A stretch of DNA of 63,153 bases, filler included, from Bonamia ostreae (GCA_040357525.1; 48 parts of 48 records of this genome joined end to end with filler, not necessarily neighbours in it); one strand, 5' to 3'; positions 1 to 12,705 are shown, numbered from the whole stretch's first letter. The notes: a model not told the origin generated them from the letters alone. A program made the numbers and translations.

Positions 1-9
1 TCATATTAA

Positions 10-215
10 TATGCAAGCATCCTCAGGTTATACATGGTCAGATTTTCAAATCTTGATCCCAAGAGTAGCATGGGTCTGCAATAGGCGATCAAATTGAAAT
101 TTCTACATCGGAGTATATACGAAAAAATATCGATAATGACAGGACCATGACTAATCATATTATTATCCAAGCAGCACAAGGTAGTGCAGAATGAAGTTTG
201 TTCAAATCATGAGTA
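10..215 (+). repeat. Degenerate oyster Cg170/HindIII-like satellite (Helentron-associated) monomers
   Basis: ATGCAAGCATCCTCAGG...AAATCTTGATCCC and CAAGCAGCACAAGGTAGTGCAGAATGAAGTTTGTTCAAATCATG resemble the recalled ostreid satellite core; related copies lie on the minus strand at 1735-1985. Confidence 0.65.
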
Positions 216-499
216 CAATTCTTGAGCATTTTAAGTGGAAGATAAAGATCATCGAATGACTTTTCTCCTCTTAGTTTCGATATGATTAAGGGGGTTCAAA
301 GAGAGGTGATCAAACAGGTTTACTTTGTGGAACTCACATGTGGCTTCGAGTGCTGGTGGAAACCTTTTTCCATACACTTAGTGTCTTTTGCAACAAGATG
401 TACGGTTTAAATGGTCTTTGAATGGAGAAGTTCCGTATAATATGTATCCTTGTTTTGAATATCTTTGACAATTTTGTCATGCAGTTTTAGGTGAAGTAG

Positions 500-600
500 C
501 ATAAATTTAGACCTTCATGGCCATAGAAGTGAAACTTATTGATTATACCACAGTTTGTCGTGAAACGGGACTCCGTTTTAAGGTGTCATCAGAAAGACCA
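500..600. mobile_element. Fragment of an oyster SINE-like dispersed repeat
   Basis: AAATTTAGACC...GTGAAACGGGACTCCGTTTTAAGGTGTCATCAGAAAGACC resembles a recalled ostreid SINE body; probable other pieces at 9148-9181 and 24953-25036. Confidence 0.45.
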
Positions 601-977
601 ATGCTTCTTCTAATTGCCTACAGGAATTACAGGTATTCACAAAAATTGTTCGTATATTTACCTAAACGTTGTAACTAAATATTATCATATGCTGATGAGG
701 AGCATATCAGAAAATAGTGACCATCTTAAAGTTTGGTGCCCTGCAACTTGTTCAGCTAAATGGCGTAATTTCATGTTGTCATTATCCAACTATTTCCACT
801 GCTTTTAAAGTGAATCATTGAGCACTTTACACGTGTAATGACGCATAATTGCATGAAATAAAAATCCAACATGTCTCAAGGTTGAATGTTTACTGATGTG
901 TTTTATACCAATTGCTGGTTGGTTCTTTACATATTGATTCTTACTACAAATTACTGTATTCACCTAATCACTATATA

Positions 978-1120
978 TAGCTCACAGCGAATATGACCGG
1001 CAAACAAGGGATGCTACAAACATGGTCCCACCTCTGTAATAACCAAGGATCCATGTTTACCATGTTTTTGTATTCTATATGAGTTTATGAAATTAATCAC
1101 TGATCGTTATTATCATTTCA
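978..1120 (+). repeat. Dispersed host repeat, probably the 3' end of a Penelope-like element family
   Basis: The module TGACCGG..ACAAGGGATGCT...CCCACCTCTG...ATGAAATTAATCACTGATCGTTAT recurs in diverged form at 5125-5207 (-), 14576-14690, 30558-30590 and 52895-53070, with a related family at 48085-48190. Confidence 0.6.
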
Positions 1121-1734
1121 TGAACTAGTGGGATCGGGATTGGTATAAATAGTACTTTGGGTTTGTTATATAAGAACTGAAGTTTGAAAATTAGAATTAC
1201 ATTTACGAACCATCTTCAAAAGTCAAGNNNNNNNNNNNNNNNNNNNNNNNNNNNNNNNNNNNNNNNNNNNNTTAATTAATTAANNNNNNNNNNNNNNNNN
1301 NNNNNNNNNNNNNNNNNNNNNNNNNNNCAATTCTATTTTTAGAAACTTTGATACCAAAGAAGAAAGTTATTGTCATAAGGACTGTACATATGAAATATTA
1401 GTTCCCTTTCATGCACTATTGAAAGGTTATTAATGAGGTTCAAATTTTGGACAGCCAAACAGTACAAAAACAAAATTTTCCTGACTGTAGGCAAAAACAC
1501 AACAAAAACTCGAATCTGCACAATTTAGGAATGTTTACGTTTCGATATTATTTTGTTTGGCCCCACAATAACTCCCTAATGCCCCTGAAATGACCAAACC
1601 TGAATTTTTACTACCCAAATATGCTTTAATATAAATAAGACTAATCATAAATCGTGGTCCTGCTTTCGGAGAAGATTTTTAAAGATATTTTCTTAATTAA
1701 TATATCCCCATATACATTTAAAACCTAGATTTCA

Positions 1735-1985
1735 TATTGTGGCTCCACTCTACCCCCGGGTTCGTGAATTGAACAAAATTAAATCAGCACTACATGTGGA
1801 TGCTTGTATGATTAATCACGACCCTGCTTTTGTTAAGAAAATTCTTTTAAAGATTTTAGTTATACATCTACATGCAAACGTTGATCCCCTATNNNNNNNN
1901 NNGCCCCACCACATCCTTGGTAGCCACAATTTGACCAAACCTGAATCTGAGCTTTACGGGGATGCTTGCATAGTAATCATAGCCC
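1735..1985 (-). repeat. Cg170-like satellite monomers (two diverged copies)
   Basis: TTGAACAAAATTAAATCAGCACTACATGTGGATGCTTG and TTGACCAAACCTGAATCTGAGCTTTACGGGGATGCTTGCAT are reverse complements of the core at 10-215. Confidence 0.65.
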
Positions 1986-3383
1986 TATTATTATTCATCT
2001 ACCTATCTCCTTCTTTTATCATTGCTTGTTTGCTAAGTGAAATGTTTGACAAAGTAAAACAAAGAAATGAAATCTTGTTAAATTATGCAAAATACATGAC
2101 GAAATTGCTCCAAGAGATTAGGTAGAAACGAAAGTGGGTTTTGCATAGTTCTGGTATTGTTATGTCAATAAAAACATAGCAACATAAGCTAATTTGCTCA
2201 TTCATAAATTTCAGTTACTAGATATAGCGAATGTCACATTCCTGGGAAGTTTGAAGGAAAGAAATGTATGCTTTTCATTATGATAATCAATGTAATCCTA
2301 ATGCAATTAACAATCAACCAAATTGAATTGCACAATCAAAAATTTGAGTCGCTCCCGACTCTATTAAGAATGGTGAAAGGTGACTTTAAGGCATCGATGG
2401 TCATTTACCAGAAAGATCCTTCACGAAAATCATATTGAAACCGCATTCATAACGGAAATAAACTTAAAATCAAATGTTCCAACCCACTGATTTTCAATGT
2501 CATCTTTTCTATAATTATCTATATGTACATTTTCCGAACTCTAACCACAGGCACNNNNNNNNNNNNNNNNNNNNNNNNNNNNNNNNNNNNNNNNNNNNTT
2601 AATTAATTAANNNNNNNNNNNNNNNNNNNNNNNNNNNNNNNNNNNNNNNNNNNNACTACTACAGGAAGCCAAAACAATGAAGGAAAGCCCGGTAATATGA
2701 GGCGCGATGGAAGTTCAATTGTCATATATTAGTTTGGAATCAACCCAGCCCTTTTTATATGAAAACTTCATATGTCGTGTGAAATGTAAATTTACAAAAC
2801 ACTAGAAAAGCTTGAGCGTAGATACTACGAAAAACATCCTTACTGTATCTTTGGTCAAACTCGATCTCTATTAGTAATGTCAAACACACAATACCGTGTT
2901 TACATAGACGCCTTGAACACAATATTAATTTGACCAGGGAGTTACCTGGTATTTTTCAAGGACTAGATTGCAGATCGAGATATGTTGCACATCAAGTTAT
3001 GCATATATATTGGTATTTTAAGCACACAGAGCCTTTGCTTGACATTGTCATTTTTTTAGTTTCTCACTTTATATCCCATTCGAAATATTTTGCTACATAT
3101 AGGGAAGTGGTAGTGAAGTGCAATGGATATAGTCCTCTGTACAGTATTCTGGGGCAATCTGTATCGTGTCACAACTGTTGTGACACAAAACATTGCCTTC
3201 ATAAAATATAAAGCGACAAAACCGCGCCTCTCAATTTGAAGGAGTAATAACGCACCTGGAAATTTTTACATGTATATGGGGTCGAAAGTGGAGGGAACAT
3301 ATAATATTTTGAAATTGAAATCATTCAAATTTGCCTTATTTAGTTAAAATGCATTTTTAATTGAAAATAATAATAAAAAATAA

Positions 3384-3450
3384 AATCGCCGCTAGACTCG
3401 AACCCATAGTCTATAAATAACCAGTCGACACATTTGCCTACTGATCTATC
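3384..3450 (-). mobile_element. Degenerate tRNA-derived (SINE head-like) sequence, not a functional tRNA
   Basis: The minus strand has an A-box-like TAGATCAGTAGG and a B-box GGTTCGAGTC at tRNA spacing, but no intact cloverleaf. Confidence 0.45.
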
Positions 3451-4591
3451 CAATTACGGCATCACATTAAAAAAATGTAGATACAAGTATTGCTGATCTT
3501 CATATTTTCATTCATGCTGCAGAAGGAAGTCAGCTATTGTGACAATGTGGTATTTTTCCTCGATGGACATATCGCATTCTTCTAAAAGTATATCTATTGT
3601 TTGCAGGGCAAAAATGGCTTTTAATCTATTTTAAATGAACTATTTTGCATCCTTTTTGAATTTGAAAGGGAGGAGATTCAAAATTTGCTATATGCGTATT
3701 TACTCTCGAGACTATTATTAGTGACGTATTATGCTACGTCGAGTGAGAAGGAGTAGTTTTGAAAACAGCTGTGAACCATTTTATAACAGTATTAGATGTA
3801 ATCGACAACAAAGCCAATTACCACGTCGACGAGTTATAGATAGCATGAAAGGCGAAAATAAGAAGCAGTGATTAATCTCATNNNNNNNNNNNNNNNNNNN
3901 NNNNNNNNNNNNNNNNNNNNNNNNNTTAATTAATTAANNNNNNNNNNNNNNNNNNNNNNNNNNNNNNNNNNNNNNNNNNNNCAACTAAAGTAAACATGTT
4001 TCATCAATTCGCATCCCATAAGCCCAAAACAAACCGGTCAATAACGTGAGTTTCTATCAAGCTATAAGAATAAAAATACACTTTTAATGCTAGTCTCCGT
4101 AAATAATGACCAAAATCTGAAATAGTTCCTTCTTCTTTAACCATGTTCTTGAATTTAATTATGTAATAACCTTGCAATTCTGATGGACAGAAACGATTCC
4201 GTAATATACCTGTCAATGTTCAAAAAAGTCTAAGCATACGGTTAAAGGAATTGTATATAGAATGTGTCTTGCCGAGCCATGAAAATGCATGAGAAGTTAA
4301 CTTGCACACACTCTCTCATTCCAACCATTCCTCGTAACTCTCATCAAACAACGGTATATCATGCATAGTGTATGTTATGTATGATGTGTTTATACAATAT
4401 TGTTATATACTGGGCTCTATATTACTTTGTCAAACCCAAATATACTACTGAATATGTTCTTCCCTAGCGTACACATAACATCAAAATTATGATTTCTGAA
4501 ATATCTTATGCTGCATAGTCGTATTCTTATTGGTATTGGCTTGAATGTTCACCACACTATAGAGGTTTTTATACTTTCGATATTATTACAG

Positions 4592-4705
4592 ATAATCTTG
4601 GAATGTGTAGAAATCATCCTTGTGGAAATGGAACATGCACCAATCATTGTGTGTCCTTTACATGCACGTGTTTTCCAGGGTTCAGTGGTAGCCATTGTGA
4701 AGTCA
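4592..4705 (+). CDS. Host internal exon encoding one EGF-like domain
   Basis: TTACAG|...|GTAAGT, 114 nt, phase 1-1; reads (D)NLGMCRNHPCGNGTCTNHCVSFTCTCFPGFSGSHCEV, a classic EGF cysteine spacing. Not in the ORF track. Confidence 0.9.
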
Positions 4706-5316
4706 GTAAGTTAAATCATAATGTTTATATTTCCTATCTATTAATTCGTTTTCTAAAGCAATTTTGAATCTAAAAGACTTTAGTATACGTTCTCTTATTT
4801 ACACCACCACAAACAAGATATTATGTTTGCATGCCAGTACATTTATATAATCATTTTTTATCATTATCAAAAAAATGTTCAAATAAAAGTTGAGAATTAT
4901 TATCTATTCACAACGATTTCTAAAATACGTTTATTATTTGAAACTTCTTTAGAAGTATCTGTCAACATAAGATAAGACGTGCCTTTAATAATACACATGT
5001 ATCTAACCCATCGTCAATCTAACGATTTTGTGTGCAGAAAAAAAATAATTTTATACTAAATGTTAACAAGCATAACGAACTGTTATCACTCTCATAATCC
5101 CTGATACGAAAATGAAATACGACGTTAACGAACGCATTGACCCCTGTACACACCAGAATTGGGATCAGTTGTCTAAGAGGAGCAGGCATTTCCTGATGAC
5201 CTGTTACNNNNNNNNNNNNNNNNNNNNNNNNNNNNNNNNNNNNNNNNNNNNTTAATTAATTAANNNNNNNNNNNNNNNNNNNNNNNNNNNNNNNNNNNNN
5301 NNNNNNNACTATCACT

Positions 5317-6090
5317 ATGGATATGAACAGACTCCTGAAGAACTCAGGCAACGAGTGCAATGGCATGTTCATCATGTTCGAGAACGACGATGCGGAAATA
5401 TTCAACCGCAATAACGACATGGTGTACGACCGCACCGTCGATGGGTGGATGTCGGAGGAACTAATGAAAGCGAACGCGAGAGAACAACAGTGGAAGACAC
5501 TCGCTAACGCATCGGCCAAGAAATCTAAGAACTCGAAGAAGTCCAAGAAATCTAACAACTGGAAGAGCTCCAACAACGCCAAGACCGCCAACAACCCCAA
5601 GCCCTCAAACGAAACGAGCGCTTACAAACCGCACAGTTGGATCTGTACCGGAAAACACGACGAACAAATCGTCGAACGCCAAGAAGCCACAATCGCCTTC
5701 AAACCACACCTATGGATGATCACCGCAAACAACGCCCAAACAACAAAACCCAAGAAAAACGACGCAGAATCCCAGACAGACAGGGACGTCCAGGAAATGC
5801 TAGAAAGTGGCTACACGGACGCTCACTATCAGCTAAACTTCGACACGGATGATGAAGAAGAAGAAGAAGAAGACTGGGAAGCAGAAAGCCAAGTCGTGGA
5901 TTTGGATGCGGGAGTCACAATTCGCCAGCGTCGTGATAGCATGGGTGAAGACTGGGTTACAGAATCAGACCGCACCATCGAAGAGTTTAGATTGGACATG
6001 CGAACACTCGACATGAGACTTAGAATGAGGGGGATTGAGCCAAGATACCCACAACACCCACGATCCGTCAAACCACTAAGACTCGCTTGA
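5317..6090 (+). CDS. Intronless 257-aa orphan protein, possibly from a large DNA virus
   Basis: Long ORF with strong bias to C/A-ending codons and visibly higher GC than any neighbouring contig. It has a K/S/N-rich tract, a duplicated (Y/F)KPHxW motif and an acidic tract. No family recognised. Confidence 0.75.
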   Translation: MDMNRLLKNSGNECNGMFIMFENDDAEIFNRNNDMVYDRTVDGWMSEELMKANAREQQWKTLANASAKKSKNSKKSKKSNNWKSSNNAKTANNPKPSNETSAYKPHSWICTGKHDEQIVERQEATIAFKPHLWMITANNAQTTKPKKNDAESQTDRDVQEMLESGYTDAHYQLNFDTDDEEEEEEDWEAESQVVDLDAGVTIRQRRDSMGEDWVTESDRTIEEFRLDMRTLDMRLRMRGIEPRYPQHPRSVKPLRLA

Positions 6091-6267
6091 ATGTATATCA
6101 TGTACTTTTTCGTATCGATTCATGTCACATTGTGATAACATTGTATATATATGCATGTATGTATCTTGTATGTAAAAACCATGCTTTCAATATATAAAAA
6201 TATAAAAAAAACAAACTTACGATATTAGTTATCATATTGCTCAAAAAAACGACAGGATTTAAAACGC

Positions 6268-6363
6268 ACCAAAGGATTAACGAAAGGATTTTACAGGATG
6301 CTTGGACTTAAAGCACATACCAAATGATTAACGAAAGGGTTTTACACGACGCTTGGACTTAAA
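6268..6363 (+). repeat. Two imperfect direct repeats, period 51 nt
   Basis: ACCAAAGGATTAACGAAAGGATTTTACAGGATGCTTGGACTTAAA versus ACCAAATGATTAACGAAAGGGTTTTACACGACGCTTGGACTTAAA. Confidence 0.9.
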
Positions 6364-6632
6364 CATCGAAAAGAAAGTTTATCACAAACGAAATATAACT
6401 TGCGAAACACTCGGATGATTTAATGAAAATTGAACTTGTTCGATATAACATTGGTGTAAAAAGTATATATACCTGCAGTTTATCTAATTACAAAATCATC
6501 AACACTGCATTCCAGCATTTAAACAAACAGGANNNNNNNNNNNNNNNNNNNNNNNNNNNNNNNNNNNNNNNNNNNNTTAATTAATTAANNNNNNNNNNNN
6601 NNNNNNNNNNNNNNNNNNNNNNNNNNNNNNNN

Positions 6633-7655
6633 GATAGACAATTTGATCAGTTACGCAAAAAGCGGAGTTAACTCTTTCGCTCCCGGGTTTTTTGTTCCTT
6701 ATTACGAAACTTTGACAAACATTTTCTGGCGAACAAAAAATTACGTTTTGCACGCAAATGTTTCCAGGCTTCTGTTGCAAGCTTGCACGCTTTCAAATTA
6801 TCTTGACTCCGAAAATTTGTTGAAGTTTTAATAAAATTGCATTAAAAATCAAAAATTTTCGCAAAAAACATTTTTCGAGTAAAAATTCAAAAAACAAAAA
6901 ATTTTTGACAAAATTAAAATTTTCGAATAAAAATTGCAACAAAAAAATTTTGGTAATTCGAATAAAAATTGTTTCAAAAACAAAAAAAATTGGCAAAAAA
7001 ATTTTCGAAGAAAAATTGCAACAAAAATTTTTGTCAATTCGAATAAAAATTGTTTCAAAAACAAAAAAAATTGGCAAAATAATAAATTATTCAAGTATGA
7101 AAGAGAAAGTTGTTCTTTCAGCTTTGGCTGCTTTCGAAGAAGAAAAATTAGCGTCTGAAAAAAGCAGTTATTTTGTCAAAAAGACGGAAGAAAAAACGTT
7201 CAGAATGCTAAATTTCTTCGGCGATAAAGAAAATCGTCTTTTAAAAAGCGATTTGTTGATAAAAATTGCCAAAGAAGAATTGGCCGAAAATGAAAAAAAC
7301 GATTTAACCGATTTTATAGATATTTTTGATCAAATGAACAAAGATTCTTTTTTGTCTCCTCCTTCGGAATTTTCGAAGAAAGTTTTTTATAAAAATTCCA
7401 TTTTTTATAATCAAATTTTTAACCGTTTAATTGTTGAAGGCTTTTGATTTGCTTTCAGCGATAAAACAAAGAAATCCAGAATTCAAACCTTATTGCGACA
7501 AAATCCAAGAAAGCTTAAACATTCGGATTTTGGCTATTTTTGCAAAAATATATACACGAATACCGATTCAAAGCCTTGAGCAATATTTGTCTCAAAAATT
7601 TGAGTGCTTCGAACATTTAATTTACGAACGCCTTAATTTTACTGTCGATCTCGAA
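6633..7655 (+). CDS. EIF3A: Protist translation initiation factor 3 subunit A (PCI region), partial; introns 6825-7095 and 7382-7439
   Basis: The spliced product YYETLTNIFWRTKNYVLHAN...MKEKVVLSAL...EEKTFRMLNFFG...PEFKPYCDKIQESLNIRILAIFAKIYTRI is collinear with eIF3a (YYNKVSTVFWKSGNALFHA...STRVLLATL...EKQRRLATLLG...[29 protein letters not shown]). Confidence 0.85.
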
Positions 7656-7689
7656 GTTTTGCATTTTGATATTTTTTGTTAAATTTTTG

Positions 7690-7857
7690 CTCTCTTTATT
7701 GAAAATTTTTGATTAATTTTATTGAATTTTTTTTCTTTTTGCTGAAAATTTTTGATCAATTTTTATCGAAATTTTTTTTGTTTTTGCTGAAAATTTTTGA
7801 TCTATTTTTATTGAATTTTTTTCATTTTGTTGAAAATTTTTGATCAATTTTTATCGA
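7690..7857 (+). repeat. AT-rich tandem minisatellite, unit about 44 nt, about 4 copies, probably intronic
   Basis: TGAAAATTTTTGATCAATTTTTATCGAA... repeats up to the contig end. Confidence 0.85.
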
Positions 7858-9607
7858 NNNNNNNNNNNNNNNNNNNNNNNNNNNNNNNNNNNNNNNNNNN
7901 NTTAATTAATTAANNNNNNNNNNNNNNNNNNNNNNNNNNNNNNNNNNNNNNNNNNNNCTCTCTCTCTCTCTGAGTGTGTAGGTGTCAAGGATGTATAATC
8001 ATCCTTAAGATACAATATAGGTGATGTATTTCAAGATTCAATTATTTACCGTTTAAAATGCATATGATACTTTATATATCAAGTGAAGTTATAAACTAAC
8101 GTACATGCTAATACTGCTAAAATCGTCTGTCATGAAAACTATGCAAAAATGTAGAACGTCCGTGAAAAATGAGAAACGTAGATGGATTTGTGTCTAGATG
8201 TTTAATAATCATTTCTTATTGAAAGTGGTAAGATTGTAGAAACACTTTTAATAAAATATGGGTGCTTTACCGCCATTATTGCCAATCATATCATTGTTAA
8301 AACCATGGGTGGTGTGTTATTTGTTTTCATTTTCTATTAAGGTATATTCGTAATATATCTATAACAGCCATATCACGAAGAAATATGGACGTGTATATTT
8401 ATCACGTTGTCATGAATCAAAACCTTCTCATAAAAATACCCATAATAGTTTTAAAAAGTTAATGTAATTTAAAAAGTCTATGTATGGCAGATTTTAAAGA
8501 TTGTGTAGATTACATTCATAAATGGATTATGACCTGCCTAAATATAACGACATAGATTCTCGTTTAATTCATTGATAATGATTAATAATGAAATGGTAGG
8601 CTTTTAGGTCACTGCTAACATGTTGTTATCAATGACAAACCATGGCTGTATTAAGTAAGCTACAAGTACTGCGTTTTGCAGCCAATGACACCGTTCTAAT
8701 GACAAAACAAATCATACCGACTAAATGTGAGAATTGTTTTAATATCTAAACATATTGCATTCAATGTCACTTTAGCCATCCATCTGTAGCAAATTATTGG
8801 TAAAAATACGGTTGTGTTTTCGTCGCTTGCACATGGCTGCACGTCTACAAATAACATGCGATGGTATTCCTTTACACTACTATTATAAACCATTGAATTA
8901 ACGTTTTCCCCAATGTCTATTTTAAATAAGAACAAAATATGATAGGTTTAGATATGACGTGTTTAAATACCTGTTTAGTCAATCAGTCTTCTATTTAACT
9001 CAAGGGGCAGTCCAGGTAAACACGGTGATGCCATCGATGTAATTAAGGTATTTTCGGATCAATTTGATAGCATACTACGAACAAACTGGGTATTACATTA
9101 CATTTCTACTTACATTTGGGTCACTGGAAATGGATTTATAAACTCTTCCGTGGGGATCCGGTTTAAAACAGGTCCTCAGTANNNNNNNNNNNNNNNNNNN
9201 NNNNNNNNNNNNNNNNNNNNNNNNNTTAATTAATTAANNNNNNNNNNNNNNNNNNNNNNNNNNNNNNNNNNNNNNNNNNNNTCTTTATCTTCTCCTTCAT
9301 TTAGAACAGTCACACTAATTTTAAAGATAAATTTATTTAATTTTTATCATTTAATCCCATTGATTTACACATTGTGAGATGGAATTCATTTCAAACAATC
9401 ATGTTTGATTGACATAGGCGGAACTTGAACACCCCAATATGCTGTTGATTAAGAATACTACATTTATTCTACAGTGTATATTGATTTGAATGAGTAATTC
9501 AAAGCATTTTATACATTGCCCATCTATGAATGTAGATATGGAACAACAATGCAATGCATTATAGAAAGTAGAAATATTTGTTTTAAATCAGATAATTCTT
9601 CAAACAG

Positions 9608-10188
9608 GTGCGCAGGTGAAAACTTCAGAGCATTCGTTTGAATCCATATCCAGCGATCCAGTGATACTTTGCGATCGTAACGAATCGGTATGCAAAGAAA
9701 TTTTGATGAATTTCAAAAGAAACTTTGATATTCCAAATAAATTTCGATGGATGAACAATGCCCAGGAAGCATGGGGTGCTAAGAAACGTATTTTGGTTTG
9801 CTTGAAAATGTCACGTTTGCCAGAAGACATAGTATATGCCGCAGATAACGTTAAACTTTCAGGTACATCTCACTTTTTATGTTAAACCTTACCAAGTCTG
9901 TTTATAGCTGAATGTAATCAATCTGTCAATTATATTTATCTTGTAAAGTGATATGAATGATTTAAAGATGTATACATCTGTTTCTTTTTTCAAGATGATG
10001 ACAGCGTTTCCCTAGTCATTATACATACGGTTGAACCAAAGGTAAAAGTGGATACTTCCTTCTCTTTGTCGGATCCTAGAATATTAGATGTTACTCACAT
10101 TCTATATAGTGAGTACTATAAAGAATGCTATAAGTGTCAAGAAAACAATACTGCCAGATCAACATTTCGTTCATGGTTCAAGGCCTAG
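9608..10188 (+). CDS. Host uncharacterised protein, last two exons (9608-9862, 9995-10188)
   Basis: AG/GT-bounded exons join in phase 1 and read open to TAG: ...LVCLKMSRLPEDIVYAADNVKLS-DDDSVSLVIIHTVEP...HILYSEYYKECYKCQENNTARSTFRSWFKA*. Confidence 0.75.
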
Positions 10189-11804
10189 GAGTGGATGATA
10201 TATACTAATATAAGTATACTACTATATACTGATACACATTGAACCTACTGACAATATGAGATTAATGAAATCTCAGTATTTCTGTTAAAATAAAATCATA
10301 TTCAGAAGCAATGGTGACATTAGGACTTTTAATGCTATTTTAATAAATCTTTACAAAATGTGTTTGATATTCTTTCCAGAAATGAAATGAACTGTGCAAA
10401 TGGATAGTGTAAACATTTTTGTCGATTACGCCTAAATGATAATACTCAAGATTTTGTCCCTTTAAATTCTGCCCCCCCCCCCGCTTGTTTAGTTGATTAC
10501 ACAATNNNNNNNNNNNNNNNNNNNNNNNNNNNNNNNNNNNNNNNNNNNNTTAATTAATTAANNNNNNNNNNNNNNNNNNNNNNNNNNNNNNNNNNNNNNN
10601 NNNNNCGCTAGTATTTATACCCGTAGGTTTTGTAATTTATAAGTAGTAGAGACTTTGAAGTAGGCCTAATTCAAATGTTGTTAAAGTTCATTAATTTGAT
10701 TGATGAGTTTTTGTAAACAGAACACCGATTTTTTAAAACATCTATTTTGTTTATACCTTTGATATTTATTTTTTTTCCCCAGTTCTATCTTGAATTTCAA
10801 GGCAAGACTGTGATTTTTGTGTAATTCCAAAAATTGACACGTTTCTTTGAACTCTCAAATTCGATGTAAATGTTTAGTGCAATTAAGTCACACTGTGGCA
10901 CCAACAAACCAATGTTCCTTCCTTAGAAATATTATAATAATTATATAAAAAATTAGCAATTTGAAATAACAAATTTGTTATAAATAAATCAATAATTTGT
11001 TACAAAAAATTAATAATTGAATTTATGATACCCCCCCCCCCCTAAAAAAAAACCAAACAAACAAAAAACAAAATAAAGACAGCTTATTTCTCTCTATTTT
11101 GGCGCATGCGCAGTTTTCTGTTTCTTAGTTTCCTTTCAGTGCAGCGCCAACCGTGCATGTAATAAAGAATAATTATGCTGATATCTACAAGTATCATTAG
11201 CATGGTAAGTGGTTTTACGCAGGTGGATTCATTCATGATTATTTAAACTCATATTCAACTGAATATTTGATGACGCGTAGCATACTTACTTAGGCTATTA
11301 GACCGTACAACATCACTATTATATCAGCGACATATTTAAATATATATGTATGTGTGTGTGTGTGTGTGTGTGTCTATCTATATACAATTGATGTGATATT
11401 TCCTCGACTACTTACTGATGACAAAAGTCAGAAATGGTTAAATGCACTGTAGTGTACTAGAAATTATTGATCTATGATATGGGGATTCCCGATTAAATAA
11501 TCTATGGAAACCCGGAAGAATGAAAAAGTGAAAGTGGCTAACATATTCGATATATTCTCTTTAGAGAAGTGGACAGATATAGTTTGTCCACGTCTCTGTG
11601 GAGAATAATGACGAACAGTGATCAATTTCACGAATCCTTTACAGGCACGTAGAATCAGGAGTTCACTTGAAGCTTTAAGTTATGAATATTGAAGTACGAG
11701 CGCACCCAGCTAAAGTGGGGGAGGTCCTTTAGATGCCACCCTCCTCTAACGTTTTAGGATTTTCAAGTTATGTGAAAATAACAAATGGTGTTTTTCATTT
11801 TATA

Positions 11805-11829
11805 TTTAGCTCACCTGAGCTGAAAGTTC
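11805..11829 (+). mobile_element. Terminal box of an oyster Helentron/HINE-type element, truncated by the contig end
   Basis: TTTAGCTCACCTGAGCTGAAAG matches a recalled, very abundant ostreid repeat terminus. Confidence 0.7.
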
Positions 11830-12110
11830 NNNNNNNNNNNNNNNNNNNNNNNNNNNNNNNNNNNNNNNNNNNNTTAATTAATTAANNNNNNNNNNNNNNN
11901 NNNNNNNNNNNNNNNNNNNNNNNNNNNNNTTTTTAATCAATTTTTTTGTAAAATTTTTATCTTTAAAACTGATTTTTTGTCGATCTTTTTATTTTATCGT
12001 TAAAAATTGATTTTTAATTTTTTGTCGATATTTAATGCTTTTAATTGATTTTTAATTTTAAAAATTGATTTTTTTTGACGATATTCTCTCTAAAACTCGA
12101 CAAATAAAAG

Positions 12111-12705
12111 ACGAAAAAACCTTATTTTCCAACATTTGAGGAATTTAGAAATCTCCTCAATTTTAATAACGACTACGACGAAGAAGGAAACATCAGATCT
12201 AACAGAAATACGTTTTTATTTTCATTCTAAAAATTGTAAATTTCAAAATCACTAAAATTTTAAAGAAAAAACTATTTTCTAAATAAAACCGAAAACGAAA
12301 AATTTTTCAATTCGAACAAAATTTCTTTACCGAAAAATCAACCTTTATTTCACAAAAATAAAAATTTCAGCCGAAGCAAAAATTTTGATCGACAAAGTTT
12401 CAACAAAAATTTAAAATTTAGCCAGAAAAGCAAAGAAACGAAAACTGAAAGCGATTCCTCAAAATCTGATAAAATATGACGAATCCGAAAAGGTCTCAAT
12501 AAATTTGCCGATAAACAAAAGACTTTTCAAAGAAATGGCACGTCGCTCTGAAAATAATTTGGATAAGATAAAAATGAAAAGTGGAGCCGTTATTACACAA
12601 GAAAAAGAAAAAAACACAAATTTTTACATTTTTCTTTCAATAAGTGGAACCAAAACTAAAGTCCGAGAAGCTTTAATTTATATTGAGCAAATGACAATAA
12701 ATTGA
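12111..12705 (+). CDS. Protist protein with a C-terminal KH-like domain, 3' part, two GTTT-AG introns
   Basis: Removing introns GTTTTTATT...TAAAG and GTTTCAACAAAAATTTAAAATTTAG (25 nt) gives one open frame ending ...INLPINKRLFKEMARRSENNLDKIKMKSGAVITQE...LSISGTKTKVREALIYIEQMTIN*. KH fold pattern with a degenerate GxxG loop. Confidence 0.65.

Noticed and set aside
1272-1283. Regularly spaced TTAATTAATTAA repeat resembling a CRISPR-like or biological array
   Set aside because: It is always centred in identical N runs and is a synthetic six-frame-stop linker. ORFs ending in XXXLIN are artefacts of it.
6793-7158. Several overlapping K/N/F-rich ORFs on both strands
   Set aside because: They are translations of the repeat-filled eIF3a intron.
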